A stretch of 20,000 bases of DNA from an uncultured virus (IMG/VR IMGVR_UViG_3300022856_000004) (IMGVR_UViG_3300022856_000004), one strand, 5' to 3'. Shown: positions 10,092-18,307, counted from the stretch's first letter. A program made the numbers and translations. The notes: generated by a model from the sequence alone, not told the origin.

Positions 10092-10807
10092 TAATAATAT
10101 GACCCTGATACAGTTAAGCTACCATATACATCATAATTATAATACATAGAATCATACATAACTTTAAATTTATTAACTACACCAGTTATCTTTAGTGTTT
10201 GTTGATTTGTTAAATTGGCACGTTCACGAATTAATACATATAATGTCTTCTTATCACCACGTTTACGCAAATCAATTTGTTCTCTGAATTTGAATATATC
10301 TATTATTGCCTCAGCTATACTAGTTTCTAATTTATCATTGAATATTTGATATAAATGCTTAGATATATAATCGGTATATAAATCCATAAATTCTTTCATA
10401 TATTCTATATTTGAATTTGCATTATAATCAATTAAAACATTATCATCTATATATTCTACATCAACGGTTTTCTTTTGTTTATAATCTTCTTGTTGATTTC
10501 GTTGTATTAGATGTCGTTTAAGTATAGTTCCAAAATAACCAAATGCTCTACCTCTAGAACCATCATAGGTGTGCATCTTGTCATGTAGAAATACCATACA
10601 TTCAGATCTAAGCATAAAATAATCTTCATTTATATAGGCATATAAATCTTTATATGTATTGTATATATTTTCAAATAACTTCTCAAATGGATATTGTATA
10701 GATTCTGAATATAATAGACTTCTTATAATAGGATCATCTTCCATATTATATTCTATAATTTTATCTTGTGTTTCTTGTGTGAAATACATTCTATTCTTTT
10801 TCTTCAA
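10091..10807 (-). CDS. Putative phage RNA polymerase sigma factor (gp55-like late sigma)
   Basis: N-terminal YFTQE and MHTYDGSRGRAFGYFGTILKRHLI resemble sigma region 2 of T4 gp55-like proteins; TTG start with AGGAG 6 nt upstream. Confidence 0.6.
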   Translation of the reverse strand: MKKKNRMYFTQETQDKIIEYNMEDDPIIRSLLYSESIQYPFEKLFENIYNTYKDLYAYINEDYFMLRSECMVFLHDKMHTYDGSRGRAFGYFGTILKRHLIQRNQQEDYKQKKTVDVEYIDDNVLIDYNANSNIEYMKEFMDLYTDYISKHLYQIFNDKLETSIAEAIIDIFKFREQIDLRKRGDKKTLYVLIRERANLTNQQTLKITGVVNKFKVMYDSMYYNYDVYGSLTVSGSYY

Positions 10808-11123
10808 CGTTATCTCCTATATATAGACTATTATATTCTTGTACATAAGTCACTATATTTTTATGACATTCGGTAACATGCTTAAAGTAAAATCCAATTT
10901 CATCATCGGATTCAAATGCACTCCGTAATTCAGTATTATTTAAATTACTATCCAATTCAACCATTTTATGATGTATCGAATTTATAAATAAAAAATCAGT
11001 TTCCTGTTGTGTCTGAAATTCAGCTATTATATTTTCATATTTAGTTAATTTTATATACAAATTAAAAATAACATACACACATATAAATATAATTAATATC
11101 AACGTAAATACAATGTATTCCAT
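10791..11123 (-). CDS. Membrane-anchored hypothetical protein (110 aa)
   Basis: N-terminal hydrophobic helix then coiled-coil; AFESDDEIGFYF motif. Confidence 0.75.
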   Translation of the reverse strand: MEYIVFTLILIIFICVYVIFNLYIKLTKYENIIAEFQTQQETDFLFINSIHHKMVELDSNLNNTELRSAFESDDEIGFYFKHVTECHKNIVTYVQEYNSLYIGDNVEEKE

Positions 11124-11130
11124 ATATACC

Positions 11131-11871
11131 TTATAGTTTTAAGTTAGTAAAGTCAAGTTCTATCTTGGATTTTACTTTCTTGGTTCGATTATAAACTTTT
11201 GTTTTTATTTTATCAGCATTAAATTCTACTTCTGGTAATTCAACATTATCATTAGGAACATTTAATAATTTAATATTAGTCAATGATATAATATTATATA
11301 ATGTATATGGTAATGTATATCTAATTTTTAAATCATTATCTATATTAGATATATAATATTTATTACTATCCAATTTATCCCAATCTTGTAAATATATAGA
11401 TAAATATACATTTTCATCCATAGGAATGTTATTACATGTTAATATATACAATGTTCTATCACGTGATAACATAGGAATTATATTTTTATTAATAATATAC
11501 CGCATACCTTTATTTCTAATATGCCATTCACTACTATTAACATTAAATAATTTATATTTACCGTCAGTCACAGACCCTAAATTGTGGAATAGAATACAGA
11601 ATGTTAGGTCTTCTACGTCATATTCAATTGGAATCCCAAGTTTAGTTATCATATCATAATACAATAGTGATGTCTTATAATACTCCATAACTCTATATAA
11701 ATAACCACCAACAAAACAATTCGGTTCATACAAAAATTGTGTTGCTGGTGATGTTTTAATTATAGGTAATATATTATTAATTATATCATTTAATTTATTA
11801 TCTATATTATACTTAGGTATTTTAGTAGATATAATATCTACATATTTGTCGAATAATCTGGTAAGTCCCAT
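11131..11871 (-). CDS. HD-fold protein with substituted metal-binding residues
   Basis: SPAT...NCFVGGYLYRV...ILFHNLGS...SEWHIRNKG...DRTLYIL...IYLQDW follows the layout of phage HD hydrolases but has R, HN and QD at the expected H, HD and HD positions. Confidence 0.65.
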   Translation of the reverse strand: MGLTRLFDKYVDIISTKIPKYNIDNKLNDIINNILPIIKTSPATQFLYEPNCFVGGYLYRVMEYYKTSLLYYDMITKLGIPIEYDVEDLTFCILFHNLGSVTDGKYKLFNVNSSEWHIRNKGMRYIINKNIIPMLSRDRTLYILTCNNIPMDENVYLSIYLQDWDKLDSNKYYISNIDNDLKIRYTLPYTLYNIISLTNIKLLNVPNDNVELPEVEFNADKIKTKVYNRTKKVKSKIELDFTNLKL

Positions 11872-12323
11872 TGTTCCTGTAATGCTAATTTAACTTGTTT
11901 CCAATAATGTATAGTTGATGACTTATGATGTCCAGTTGGACCTCCATTCCATCGTCTAGCTATATTCTCTACATTAGATAACGATTTACTATAAAAATTA
12001 GTGTAAATATTGAATATATCTATTGATTTTGATATATCCCATCTATCTTTCATATTAAATCTATTAGTATCACCGTTCAATTTCAATATTCTATTTACAT
12101 CCTTAACCATAACAGGTCTTATTTGTAATATTCCAACTGCATCTTCTCGTTTTAAATATGCTGTTGGATTTAATTCCGATTCTACATATGCTATAGCTAC
12201 CAAAAGTTGATTGCTATATAATTTCACCATAGAACTATTATATTCATCTGGTGTCTCACTTCTAAAATTGGTTCTAACATTGAATATAATCAATATCAGA
12301 ATAACGATACTTATTCTCATCAT
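11838..12323 (-). CDS. Lysozyme-like muralytic enzyme (SLT/i-type lysozyme-like) with N-terminal signal anchor
   Basis: AIAYVES (catalytic Glu), AVGILQI, ARRWNGGP and YW motifs; hydrophobic N-terminus. Confidence 0.82.
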   Translation of the reverse strand: MMRISIVILILIIFNVRTNFRSETPDEYNSSMVKLYSNQLLVAIAYVESELNPTAYLKREDAVGILQIRPVMVKDVNRILKLNGDTNRFNMKDRWDISKSIDIFNIYTNFYSKSLSNVENIARRWNGGPTGHHKSSTIHYWKQVKLALQEQWDLPDYSTNM

Positions 12324-13177
12324 AAACTCTCATTTGTAAAACTTATCTCGAACTCACCATTATCATTGATAACTGGTGTTATATCTGTAGTTGTATTCCC
12401 ACTAACTTTATACTTATTAAATGCTATGAACATTATGATAGCCATTGGATCAAACACAAATATTATTATAAATATAAAGTAATTTATTATTATGTTTATA
12501 TCAACCCCAATAATATCAGCAATATACTTTATTGGTCCTATATCTGAGTTGGTTGTGTTGATGTCTATTTGTGTTACTATAGACTTTAATTTGTTTATAG
12601 AATCGTTAATTGAAAACTTATCAGTTTGATATTTTTGTATGGAGTTTGATATATTTATAGATTCTGTATTATAATTGTCTATAGTTTTCTGTAATACATT
12701 GGCATTACTGTAATAGCCTCTATTATAAAGTGTATCTAACCTACGTTCTTGATACTCTCTATTTTTTATAATATCATTATATTTCTTAGTTAATATATCA
12801 ATATTATTATCTACCATGATAATATTATAATTTAAGGATTCTATTGAATTATTTGTATTTTGTATTTCTAAATTATTAGATAATAATGTATTCTTTGAAT
12901 CTTGATATGAATGTAATAAGAAACCATAAATACCAATAGAAGTTAATAATATCAATACAACTGACGTTATAGACATATATATTCTTATAGTTTTATTTAT
13001 ATTCTTCCAATTCCTAGATAAAAATGATATTGATACTATTTTAGAAAACTCCAATCCAGATGCCATTATGAATATAGGTATGAACTCACCAGAGAATAAC
13101 TTTGTTATTCCAAACACAGAAAAGTAAGCTGTGGTTGAAGATAATATCAACGCTGATGTTAATAATAAATATTTCAT
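12320..13177 (-). CDS. Multi-pass membrane protein with central coiled coil
   Basis: Three N-terminal hydrophobic segments (AYFSVFG, LEFSKIVS, TSIGIYGFL), long coiled coil, then IGPIKYIA...IIFVFDPMAI; architecture common in large myoviruses. Confidence 0.75.
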   Translation of the reverse strand: MKYLLLTSALILSSTTAYFSVFGITKLFSGEFIPIFIMASGLEFSKIVSISFLSRNWKNINKTIRIYMSITSVVLILLTSIGIYGFLLHSYQDSKNTLLSNNLEIQNTNNSIESLNYNIIMVDNNIDILTKKYNDIIKNREYQERRLDTLYNRGYYSNANVLQKTIDNYNTESINISNSIQKYQTDKFSINDSINKLKSIVTQIDINTTNSDIGPIKYIADIIGVDINIIINYFIFIIIFVFDPMAIIMFIAFNKYKVSGNTTTDITPVINDNGEFEISFTNESL

Positions 13178-13182
13178 TTGGG

Positions 13183-13845
13183 TTAAATTGAATGTGGTTT
13201 AAATATATAAATCATAGATTCACCATACATATACTCAGCTCTATGCATAAAAAAGTCGTATTTAGTTATTAGATCACTTATCAAACTAAAGTTGTAATTT
13301 ACAGTTGAATTATCAATATCTGTATTTTCATTTAAAACATTAAATATTAGGCATTTATTAGTAATACTATATAACTTTTCAATTGAATCGTATAAATAAC
13401 TATTCATATCTTCATATATTTTGTCATTGAATACATTTAAAGCGAATATATAATCATATTGCTCATCTACCTCATATAAATCCATTTGACTAACATTTAT
13501 ATCATTATATTTCTTTTTAGCTAATGATACTTTATTCTCATTAAAATCAATACCTTTATAGTTTGAAATGTCAAATGTTGTGTTCTGTTGTAAAAACCCA
13601 TATAAATCACCCACACCACACCCAACATCCAACATAGAGGATTTACCATCATACGGTATCTTAGCTATATTATATGTTAATTCTTTAGTTTCTGATGAAT
13701 TATACCCATCAACAGATATATCAAGTAGTAGAAATGATGAATCATCTATAGCATCTTCACCATCCAAATATGGAGCTACATTACGTATATATTCATAATG
13801 TGAAGTTTTGTCATTCACATTAGTTTCTATATAATGATTATTCAT
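13183..13845 (-). CDS. Class I SAM-dependent methyltransferase
   Basis: Motif I MLDVGCGVGDL, YKGID and YDYIFALNVF; start may be ATG 13845 (after AGGTGGTGA) or GTG 13854. Confidence 0.85.
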   Translation of the reverse strand: MNNHYIETNVNDKTSHYEYIRNVAPYLDGEDAIDDSSFLLLDISVDGYNSSETKELTYNIAKIPYDGKSSMLDVGCGVGDLYGFLQQNTTFDISNYKGIDFNENKVSLAKKKYNDINVSQMDLYEVDEQYDYIFALNVFNDKIYEDMNSYLYDSIEKLYSITNKCLIFNVLNENTDIDNSTVNYNFSLISDLITKYDFFMHRAEYMYGESMIYIFKPHSI

Positions 13846-14221
13846 CTTCACCACCTATAATCTCAACTATTTTTGTATCTGATAGTAATGATATTGTTGT
13901 ATCTTGTGCTGTATACTCTTCTGTTTTTTGTTTTGCTGAAGTTATATCATCAGCACAAACTATATGATCGGTTTTAAATTCTTTACCTGAATCATTAACA
14001 AATTCCAACGTAACCTTGAATTTTCTATTACCTTCGTAAGAAATAACATCAGTTATTTTGGTTTTAGCTATTGATATTGTTTCAAATTCTAACGATGTAC
14101 CATCAAAAAATCTATTCACTTGTTCTTCTGTGTAGTATATAGAATCTGAATATACTAACATTTCTTGGTTCTCAGACTTTCCATCACTCTGAACTTTTAC
14201 AACTGCCTTATAATATTGCAA
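13838..14221 (-). CDS. DUF4494-like protein (two tandem repeats)
   Basis: Two repeats with LV-x-[SA]D[SD]I and TKI-x-[DE][VI]I ends; TTG start with GAGAGG. DUF4494 is a Bacteroidota-associated family. Confidence 0.72.
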   Translation of the reverse strand: MQYYKAVVKVQSDGKSENQEMLVYSDSIYYTEEQVNRFFDGTSLEFETISIAKTKITDVISYEGNRKFKVTLEFVNDSGKEFKTDHIVCADDITSAKQKTEEYTAQDTTISLLSDTKIVEIIGGEDE

Positions 14222-14222
14222 T

Positions 14223-14585
14223 TTAACCTCTCTTATTATTTAAAATTTGTATTGCTTCTTTAAAAATATCACATATCTCGTATTCTTCTAATTCAGAATA
14301 AAAGTTCATTAGTAGTGATATTGATTCTTTATACTGATTTCGATGTATATATATAACAGAGTTTATAGTGTCTATACTAGCTACGAATAAGTTTAATTTA
14401 TATTTATTCTCTTCTGAAAATATATCATCCAGAATCTTGTAACCTAATATATCTAAATATTCTTCGTTATTTGGATCAGTTATCCAATCTTGGAAATCTT
14501 CCTCGTCTATAAAATCAAGTATCTCTAATTTAGAGATTTCTCTCTCTTCGTTTATACTCTTGTTCAAATCTTTTAATATCTTCAT
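14223..14585 (-). CDS. Hypothetical protein with C-terminal UvrB/C-like helical motif
   Basis: Likely start MKILKDL at 14585 rather than 14675, which reduces the overlap; ELEEYEICDIFKEAI motif. Confidence 0.65.
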   Translation of the reverse strand: MKILKDLNKSINEEREISKLEILDFIDEEDFQDWITDPNNEEYLDILGYKILDDIFSEENKYKLNLFVASIDTINSVIYIHRNQYKESISLLMNFYSELEEYEICDIFKEAIQILNNKRG

Positions 14586-14940
14586 CGTATGACCCATTAA
14601 ATAGTATACTAAACATCTTAGATTTATAAATCTCAGATTTGTATGTTCCCTCTTTTGGTTCATCCATAAGTTCAATTATAGACCATAATTCATCAATCAT
14701 ATTAAATGATTTGACTTCATCTATTGAGGTTCCAATCTGACTATAAATAGATTTTAAAAGTGTTTCTCCCTCAATATCAATAACCATATTTTCATCTCCC
14801 ATAAGCATCATATTAACATTATGTGTATCCATTTCTGTTTCTACAAACTCCATTTCATCTAAGTTAGATGACATATTTACGTTATTATATTCCGTGTTAG
14901 AACGTAATTTATTCATATATTCATCAAATCCCTGTTCCAT
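14530..14940 (-). CDS. Acidic hypothetical protein (136 aa)
   Basis: ATG preceded by TAGGA that overlaps the upstream stop codon. Confidence 0.7.
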   Translation of the reverse strand: MEQGFDEYMNKLRSNTEYNNVNMSSNLDEMEFVETEMDTHNVNMMLMGDENMVIDIEGETLLKSIYSQIGTSIDEVKSFNMIDELWSIIELMDEPKEGTYKSEIYKSKMFSILFNGSYDEDIKRFEQEYKRRERNL

Positions 14941-14947
14941 GCAAATC

Positions 14948-15445
14948 CTATAATTTTATTGTGTAATTTTCTTTTTTATAATTGTGGCAATCTTTCCATG
15001 TGTTACTTATTATATCAACGTCGTATTTCGTGTTAAATAACGTATAGGCGTGTTCTTCTATGCCTATAGGCTTAAAAATGCAACCTGACGAGATTATTAA
15101 GTTATTAGTAGTGGTTTTAATTCCCCAAGATACAAGAAATTCTTGATTTTGCTCTGCTGTATTAGAATATCGTCTTACATTCTTATGTTTTATTATATCA
15201 TTTATAAAAATCTTTCTTGACTTTCTATCGAAAAGACCAGACCACATATCACTACCAAGCAGTTTGTATTTTCTATATTCGTCAGAATGTAGAATTGATA
15301 TTAACAATCCAGACTGTATGTCTTCCATTGAAAATGTATCATATTTTAATATACCAGAATTTATTTCTTGGAATACGTATCTGAATTCCAATTTATGTTC
15401 TGTATCGTAACTACTATTTAATTCTAAGAAATCCATATATCTCAC
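14948..15445 (-). CDS. YopX family protein
   Basis: EFRYV, WSGLFDRKSRKIFINDII (cf. TGLKDKNGKEIYEGDI) and DIISNTW; directly downstream of a promoter. Start GTG 15445 or ATG 15436. Confidence 0.7.
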   Translation of the reverse strand: MRYMDFLELNSSYDTEHKLEFRYVFQEINSGILKYDTFSMEDIQSGLLISILHSDEYRKYKLLGSDMWSGLFDRKSRKIFINDIIKHKNVRRYSNTAEQNQEFLVSWGIKTTTNNLIISSGCIFKPIGIEEHAYTLFNTKYDVDIISNTWKDCHNYKKENYTIKL

Positions 15446-15456
15446 TTTTTATTTTA

Positions 15457-15488
15457 CAAACTTACGAAAAAGAAATCATATTACCAAA
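15457..15488 (-). promoter_or_regulatory. Bacteroidota primary-sigma promoter (-33 TTTG / -7 TAAGTTTG)
   Basis: Minus strand TTTG-gtaatatgatttctttttcg-TAAGTTTG, 20-nt spacer, just upstream of the YopX-like gene. Confidence 0.85.
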
Positions 15489-15789
15489 CTTTTTTAAACT
15501 TTACAATAAAATTATATCATATCCGTTTATAGTTCATATAACGCAAGAAACTCTACTTGCTATACGTGGATAAATCTAAAACGTAAGTTTAAATGGAGTA
15601 TAAAAACTAGTTGATGTCTACAGCTATGAAAGTAGATTTTATAACAGCTATTGAATTAGTAAGTCATGAATTTGATGTTATAAGACGAAATGAGTAATGG
15701 CAAGGTGCAAGATAACATTGTAGATGGATGCTATGAAAATTCTTAACTGTAAGATTTTGAGATAAGAAGAATTTTCGACTTTAATAAAA

Positions 15790-16245
15790 ATTATAATTTA
15801 GTTTTTATTTTATTACAGTTCATTGTTTATAATTTAGTCTATATACAGCATTAATACGTATAATACATATATAATATTATATAAGTAATATAAAGTAATA
15901 ATAATATATATAATAATAATATAATAAATAAAGTAATAATATAATAAATAAAGTAAGTATAATTTATATTAAAGAAACTGGGCTATTGTCTAATTTAAAA
16001 AAAATATATAATAAAAACAATTAAGTTATTAATAATAAAGAAATTAGTACATAATAGTAATAAAAAAATATTATAAATAAAACAATAATATATTCAGAAT
16101 AATATAAGAAAAATAATATATATATAATTAATAAAAATATAAAATAATCTATTCAGAATAGTATAATAGAAATAAAAATATATATTATAATAATTCAGTA
16201 TATTAAAAAAATAAAATACTCGTTACACTCATATTTTATAAAAAA
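15790..16245. other. Extreme AT-rich non-coding tract, candidate replication origin region
   Basis: Almost only A/T, no ORF, lies near the switch from minus-strand to mostly plus-strand genes. Confidence 0.5.
15917..15956 (+). repeat. Perfect tandem 20-bp repeat x2
   Basis: TAATATAATAAATAAAGTAA at 15917-15936 and 15937-15956. Confidence 0.8.
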
Positions 16246-16299
16246 ATTAAAGTTCATTTAAGTTACTACAATTAGGACAATACTTAAATATTCTGAATA
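16091..16299. repeat. Three copies of 11-bp palindrome TATTC(A/T)GAATA
   Basis: Copies at 16091-16101, 16150-16160 and 16289-16299. Confidence 0.7.
16205..16246 (+). repeat. About 40-bp direct repeat with hairpin, copy 1
   Basis: AAAAAAATAAAATACTCGTTACACTCATATTTTATAAAAAAA; two mismatches versus copy 2. Confidence 0.85.
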
Positions 16300-16477
16300 G
16301 ATTAGTATTATTTAAAATATCTTCAAGTAATGGTTCATTATCATATTCTGATAAACCATAATTATATAATTTATATTCAGTATTATAAATATCCATTATT
16401 TCATTTTCTATATTAGATTTATATATAAACTTACAAGTAGATTTAGATAATCCAAATAAACAATCATCACAACACAT
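16247..16477 (-). CDS. Small Cys-rich putative zinc-binding protein (76 aa)
   Basis: CCDDC at N-terminus and FKYCPNC at C-terminus. Confidence 0.6.
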   Translation of the reverse strand: MCCDDCLFGLSKSTCKFIYKSNIENEIMDIYNTEYKLYNYGLSEYDNEPLLEDILNNTNLFRIFKYCPNCSNLNEL

Positions 16478-16501
16478 AATATCACTTCTGTTTAATTATT
16501 G

Positions 16502-16543
16502 AAAAAATAAAATACTCGTTACACTCGTATTTTACAAAAAAAA
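16502..16543 (+). repeat. About 40-bp direct repeat with hairpin, copy 2
   Basis: AAAAAATAAAATAC-TCGTTACACTC-GTATTTTACAAAAAAAA with perfect 8-bp stem TAAAATAC/GTATTTTA. Confidence 0.85.
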
Positions 16544-16562
16544 TTTTTTGAAATTTAAAATC

Positions 16563-16576
16563 ATAAATATATTTAT
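16563..16576. promoter_or_regulatory. Palindromic double ATATTTAT motif, putative bidirectional late promoter
   Basis: ATAAATATATTTAT is a perfect palindrome between divergent genes; the same 8-mer precedes three other genes. Confidence 0.4.
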
Positions 16577-16608
16577 ATGTACACAGAATCAAAAAAATAG
16601 AGATTGTA

Positions 16609-17112
16609 ATGGATATAAATATAAAATATGGTTGTTTAATGGCTTATGCAGACATACCAAGATGGAATGATGTAACTAAATTATTAGATAATAGATACGT
16701 AGAAGATGATGGTTTAGAAATGAATCCACATGTAAATGTATTATCTGGTATTGATATAGGTGATAAGAGTAAAGTAAACGAAATACATAAATTATTAAAT
16801 ATATTAAAAATTGAAAAATTCCCAATGTACATTACAGGTATAGGTATATTTCAACATGATGGTTTTGATATTTTAAAATTTGATATAGAATCCAATATAT
16901 TAAGGCGATTAAATTATTTATTTGATAGTATTTTTATAAATACAGATATGCCTACTGATTACACCCCACATATGACTATAGCTAGAACTATACCAGATAC
17001 AGCAAATCAATATGTAACTAAATTTGATAAACCAATAAAGATTTATCCGAATAAATTTGTATATTCAGAAGATGATGAAAGTTTTGATAATTTATCTTAT
17101 AGAATACGATGA
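16609..17112 (+). CDS. 2H phosphoesterase, Acb1/T4 57B-like
   Basis: YGCLM, GLEMNPHVNVL and DYTPHMTIA give two His motifs; FDILKFDIES-x2-L. Confidence 0.8.
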   Translation: MDINIKYGCLMAYADIPRWNDVTKLLDNRYVEDDGLEMNPHVNVLSGIDIGDKSKVNEIHKLLNILKIEKFPMYITGIGIFQHDGFDILKFDIESNILRRLNYLFDSIFINTDMPTDYTPHMTIARTIPDTANQYVTKFDKPIKIYPNKFVYSEDDESFDNLSYRIR

Positions 17113-17303
17113 TAGAGCAATATGTTCCATTCCCAATAGATAATTATTATTTGAATGTATATGATTATTGTATATATTATATAGCAGATGATAATCCTAG
17201 TATTCATTACAAATTATCAACACAAAACATAAACATATATAAACAGTTTGCGATAGACAATATATCTTGGTACATAAAATACAAGATAATCAATCAGAAA
17301 TAG
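17109..17303 (+). CDS. Small Tyr-rich hypothetical protein (64 aa)
   Basis: ATGA overlap with the 2H gene; resembles 18308-18544. Confidence 0.6.
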   Translation: MIEQYVPFPIDNYYLNVYDYCIYYIADDNPSIHYKLSTQNINIYKQFAIDNISWYIKYKIINQK

Positions 17304-17386
17304 CTATACGTTGAATTTTTATATATAAATCGTGTATTTTATCCATAAACAACATAACATCTCTTAAAACGCATTTAAATGATTAA

Positions 17387-17418
17387 TTTGGTATTATAGT
17401 TTCTTTTCCGTAAGTTTG
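17387..17418 (+). promoter_or_regulatory. Bacteroidota primary-sigma promoter
   Basis: TTTG-gtattatagtttcttttccg-TAAGTTTG, 20-nt spacer. Confidence 0.85.
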
Positions 17419-17452
17419 TATATTATTTAATAACAATGAACAGGAATTGATC

Positions 17453-17845
17453 ATGGATTCGAAAACGATCATAGAAGATCTATTAGGTTTACCTAATGAA
17501 ATCAAATATAATGAAAAAAATAATTTTGATTTAAAACAGAAGATGAACGAGCTACAGGGAAAGAAAAATAATGTGGTTACAGCTCATAAACACGATATTA
17601 ATATATCTGTAGATTCTAAAGGTAAAAGTATTTACACTAACGATAAGATGCGAGATGCAGAACTTGGAATGAGATTACTCGAAGATGTAGATTACATCAA
17701 GTTTGATAATGAAATAAAAAAAATGGATACGGAGTTATATTCTAATAACAGCCATATCCATTTTTTAGAAGATAAACAACGAAATATAAGATCTATACTA
17801 AATTATCTAAAATCAAACAAGTCAATTGAGGAACTACTCGATTAA
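17453..17845 (+). CDS. Hypothetical coiled-coil protein
   Basis: ATG at 17453 with AGGA 7 nt upstream, downstream of a promoter; YTNDKMRDAE motif. Confidence 0.75.
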   Translation: MDSKTIIEDLLGLPNEIKYNEKNNFDLKQKMNELQGKKNNVVTAHKHDINISVDSKGKSIYTNDKMRDAELGMRLLEDVDYIKFDNEIKKMDTELYSNNSHIHFLEDKQRNIRSILNYLKSNKSIEELLD

Positions 17846-18172
17846 TATTTTAGATTGAATATTTTTCTTTTTGGGAAATATTACGGTTAATATACCGTCC
17901 TTACATTTAGCATTAATATTTTTGTAATTTACACCCTTCATATGGATTCTATATTTTAGATCTACATTTGGGGTTTTTTTATTTTGTGATGATTTGATTA
18001 TCAATTCATCATTTATAATATCAATTGATAATGTATCCTTGTTATTACCAGGCACTACGAATGTACCTATATATTCATTCTCATCTTCTGAAAATTTATG
18101 AAATGGGTGATTTCTGAATTCAGTATCTTTCATTTCATCTATCAAATGCTTAAATCTATACTCATTAAACAT
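17834..18172 (-). CDS. Small heat shock protein (Hsp20/alpha-crystallin)
   Basis: VPGNNKDTLSIDI-x3-ELII and INAKCKDGILTVIFPKK are alpha-crystallin domain signatures; GGAG upstream. Confidence 0.9.
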   Translation of the reverse strand: MFNEYRFKHLIDEMKDTEFRNHPFHKFSEDENEYIGTFVVPGNNKDTLSIDIINDELIIKSSQNKKTPNVDLKYRIHMKGVNYKNINAKCKDGILTVIFPKKKNIQSKILIE

Positions 18173-18210
18173 AATCTCTCCGTTATATTAAAAATAATTT
18201 AATTGTATGG

Positions 18211-18291
18211 TATAATAATCGTGCCAATAATCAACATGACGTTTTGTCACGACATATATTATATGTAAAATTTGATATTGACAGAATGTCA
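18211..18291 (-). promoter_or_regulatory. Sigma54-like -24 element with two TGAC-N5-GTCA palindromes upstream of hsp20
   Basis: Minus strand TTGGCACG-ATTA-TTAT (TTGGCACG at 18227-18220); palindromes TGACGTTTTGTCA 18237-18249 and TGACAGAATGTCA 18279-18291. Confidence 0.6.
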
Positions 18292-18307
18292 GTTATATTT
18301 ATTCATT

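Noticed and set aside
1554..13798. Short plus-strand ORFs at 1554, 3746, 5768, 8529, 9099, 11426, 12010 and 13568
   Set aside because: All are antisense shadows inside well-supported minus-strand genes, with no motifs or start signals.
14530..14675. Second frameshift suggested by the 146-nt overlap of two ORFs
   Set aside because: An ATG at 14585 gives a sensible start and cuts the overlap to 56 nt, and both ends look like normal protein sequence.
15790..16545. CRISPR array or mini-array in the repeat region
   Set aside because: Only two copies of the long repeat, about 297 bp apart with a gene between them; no spacer-length periodicity and no cas genes.
15490..16600. tRNA genes in the intergenic region
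   Set aside because: No GTTCRA T-loop or cloverleaf found by eye on either strand.
17834..17845. 12-nt tail-to-tail overlap of hsp20 and the coiled-coil gene
   Set aside because: Short convergent overlaps are ordinary in compact phage genomes.
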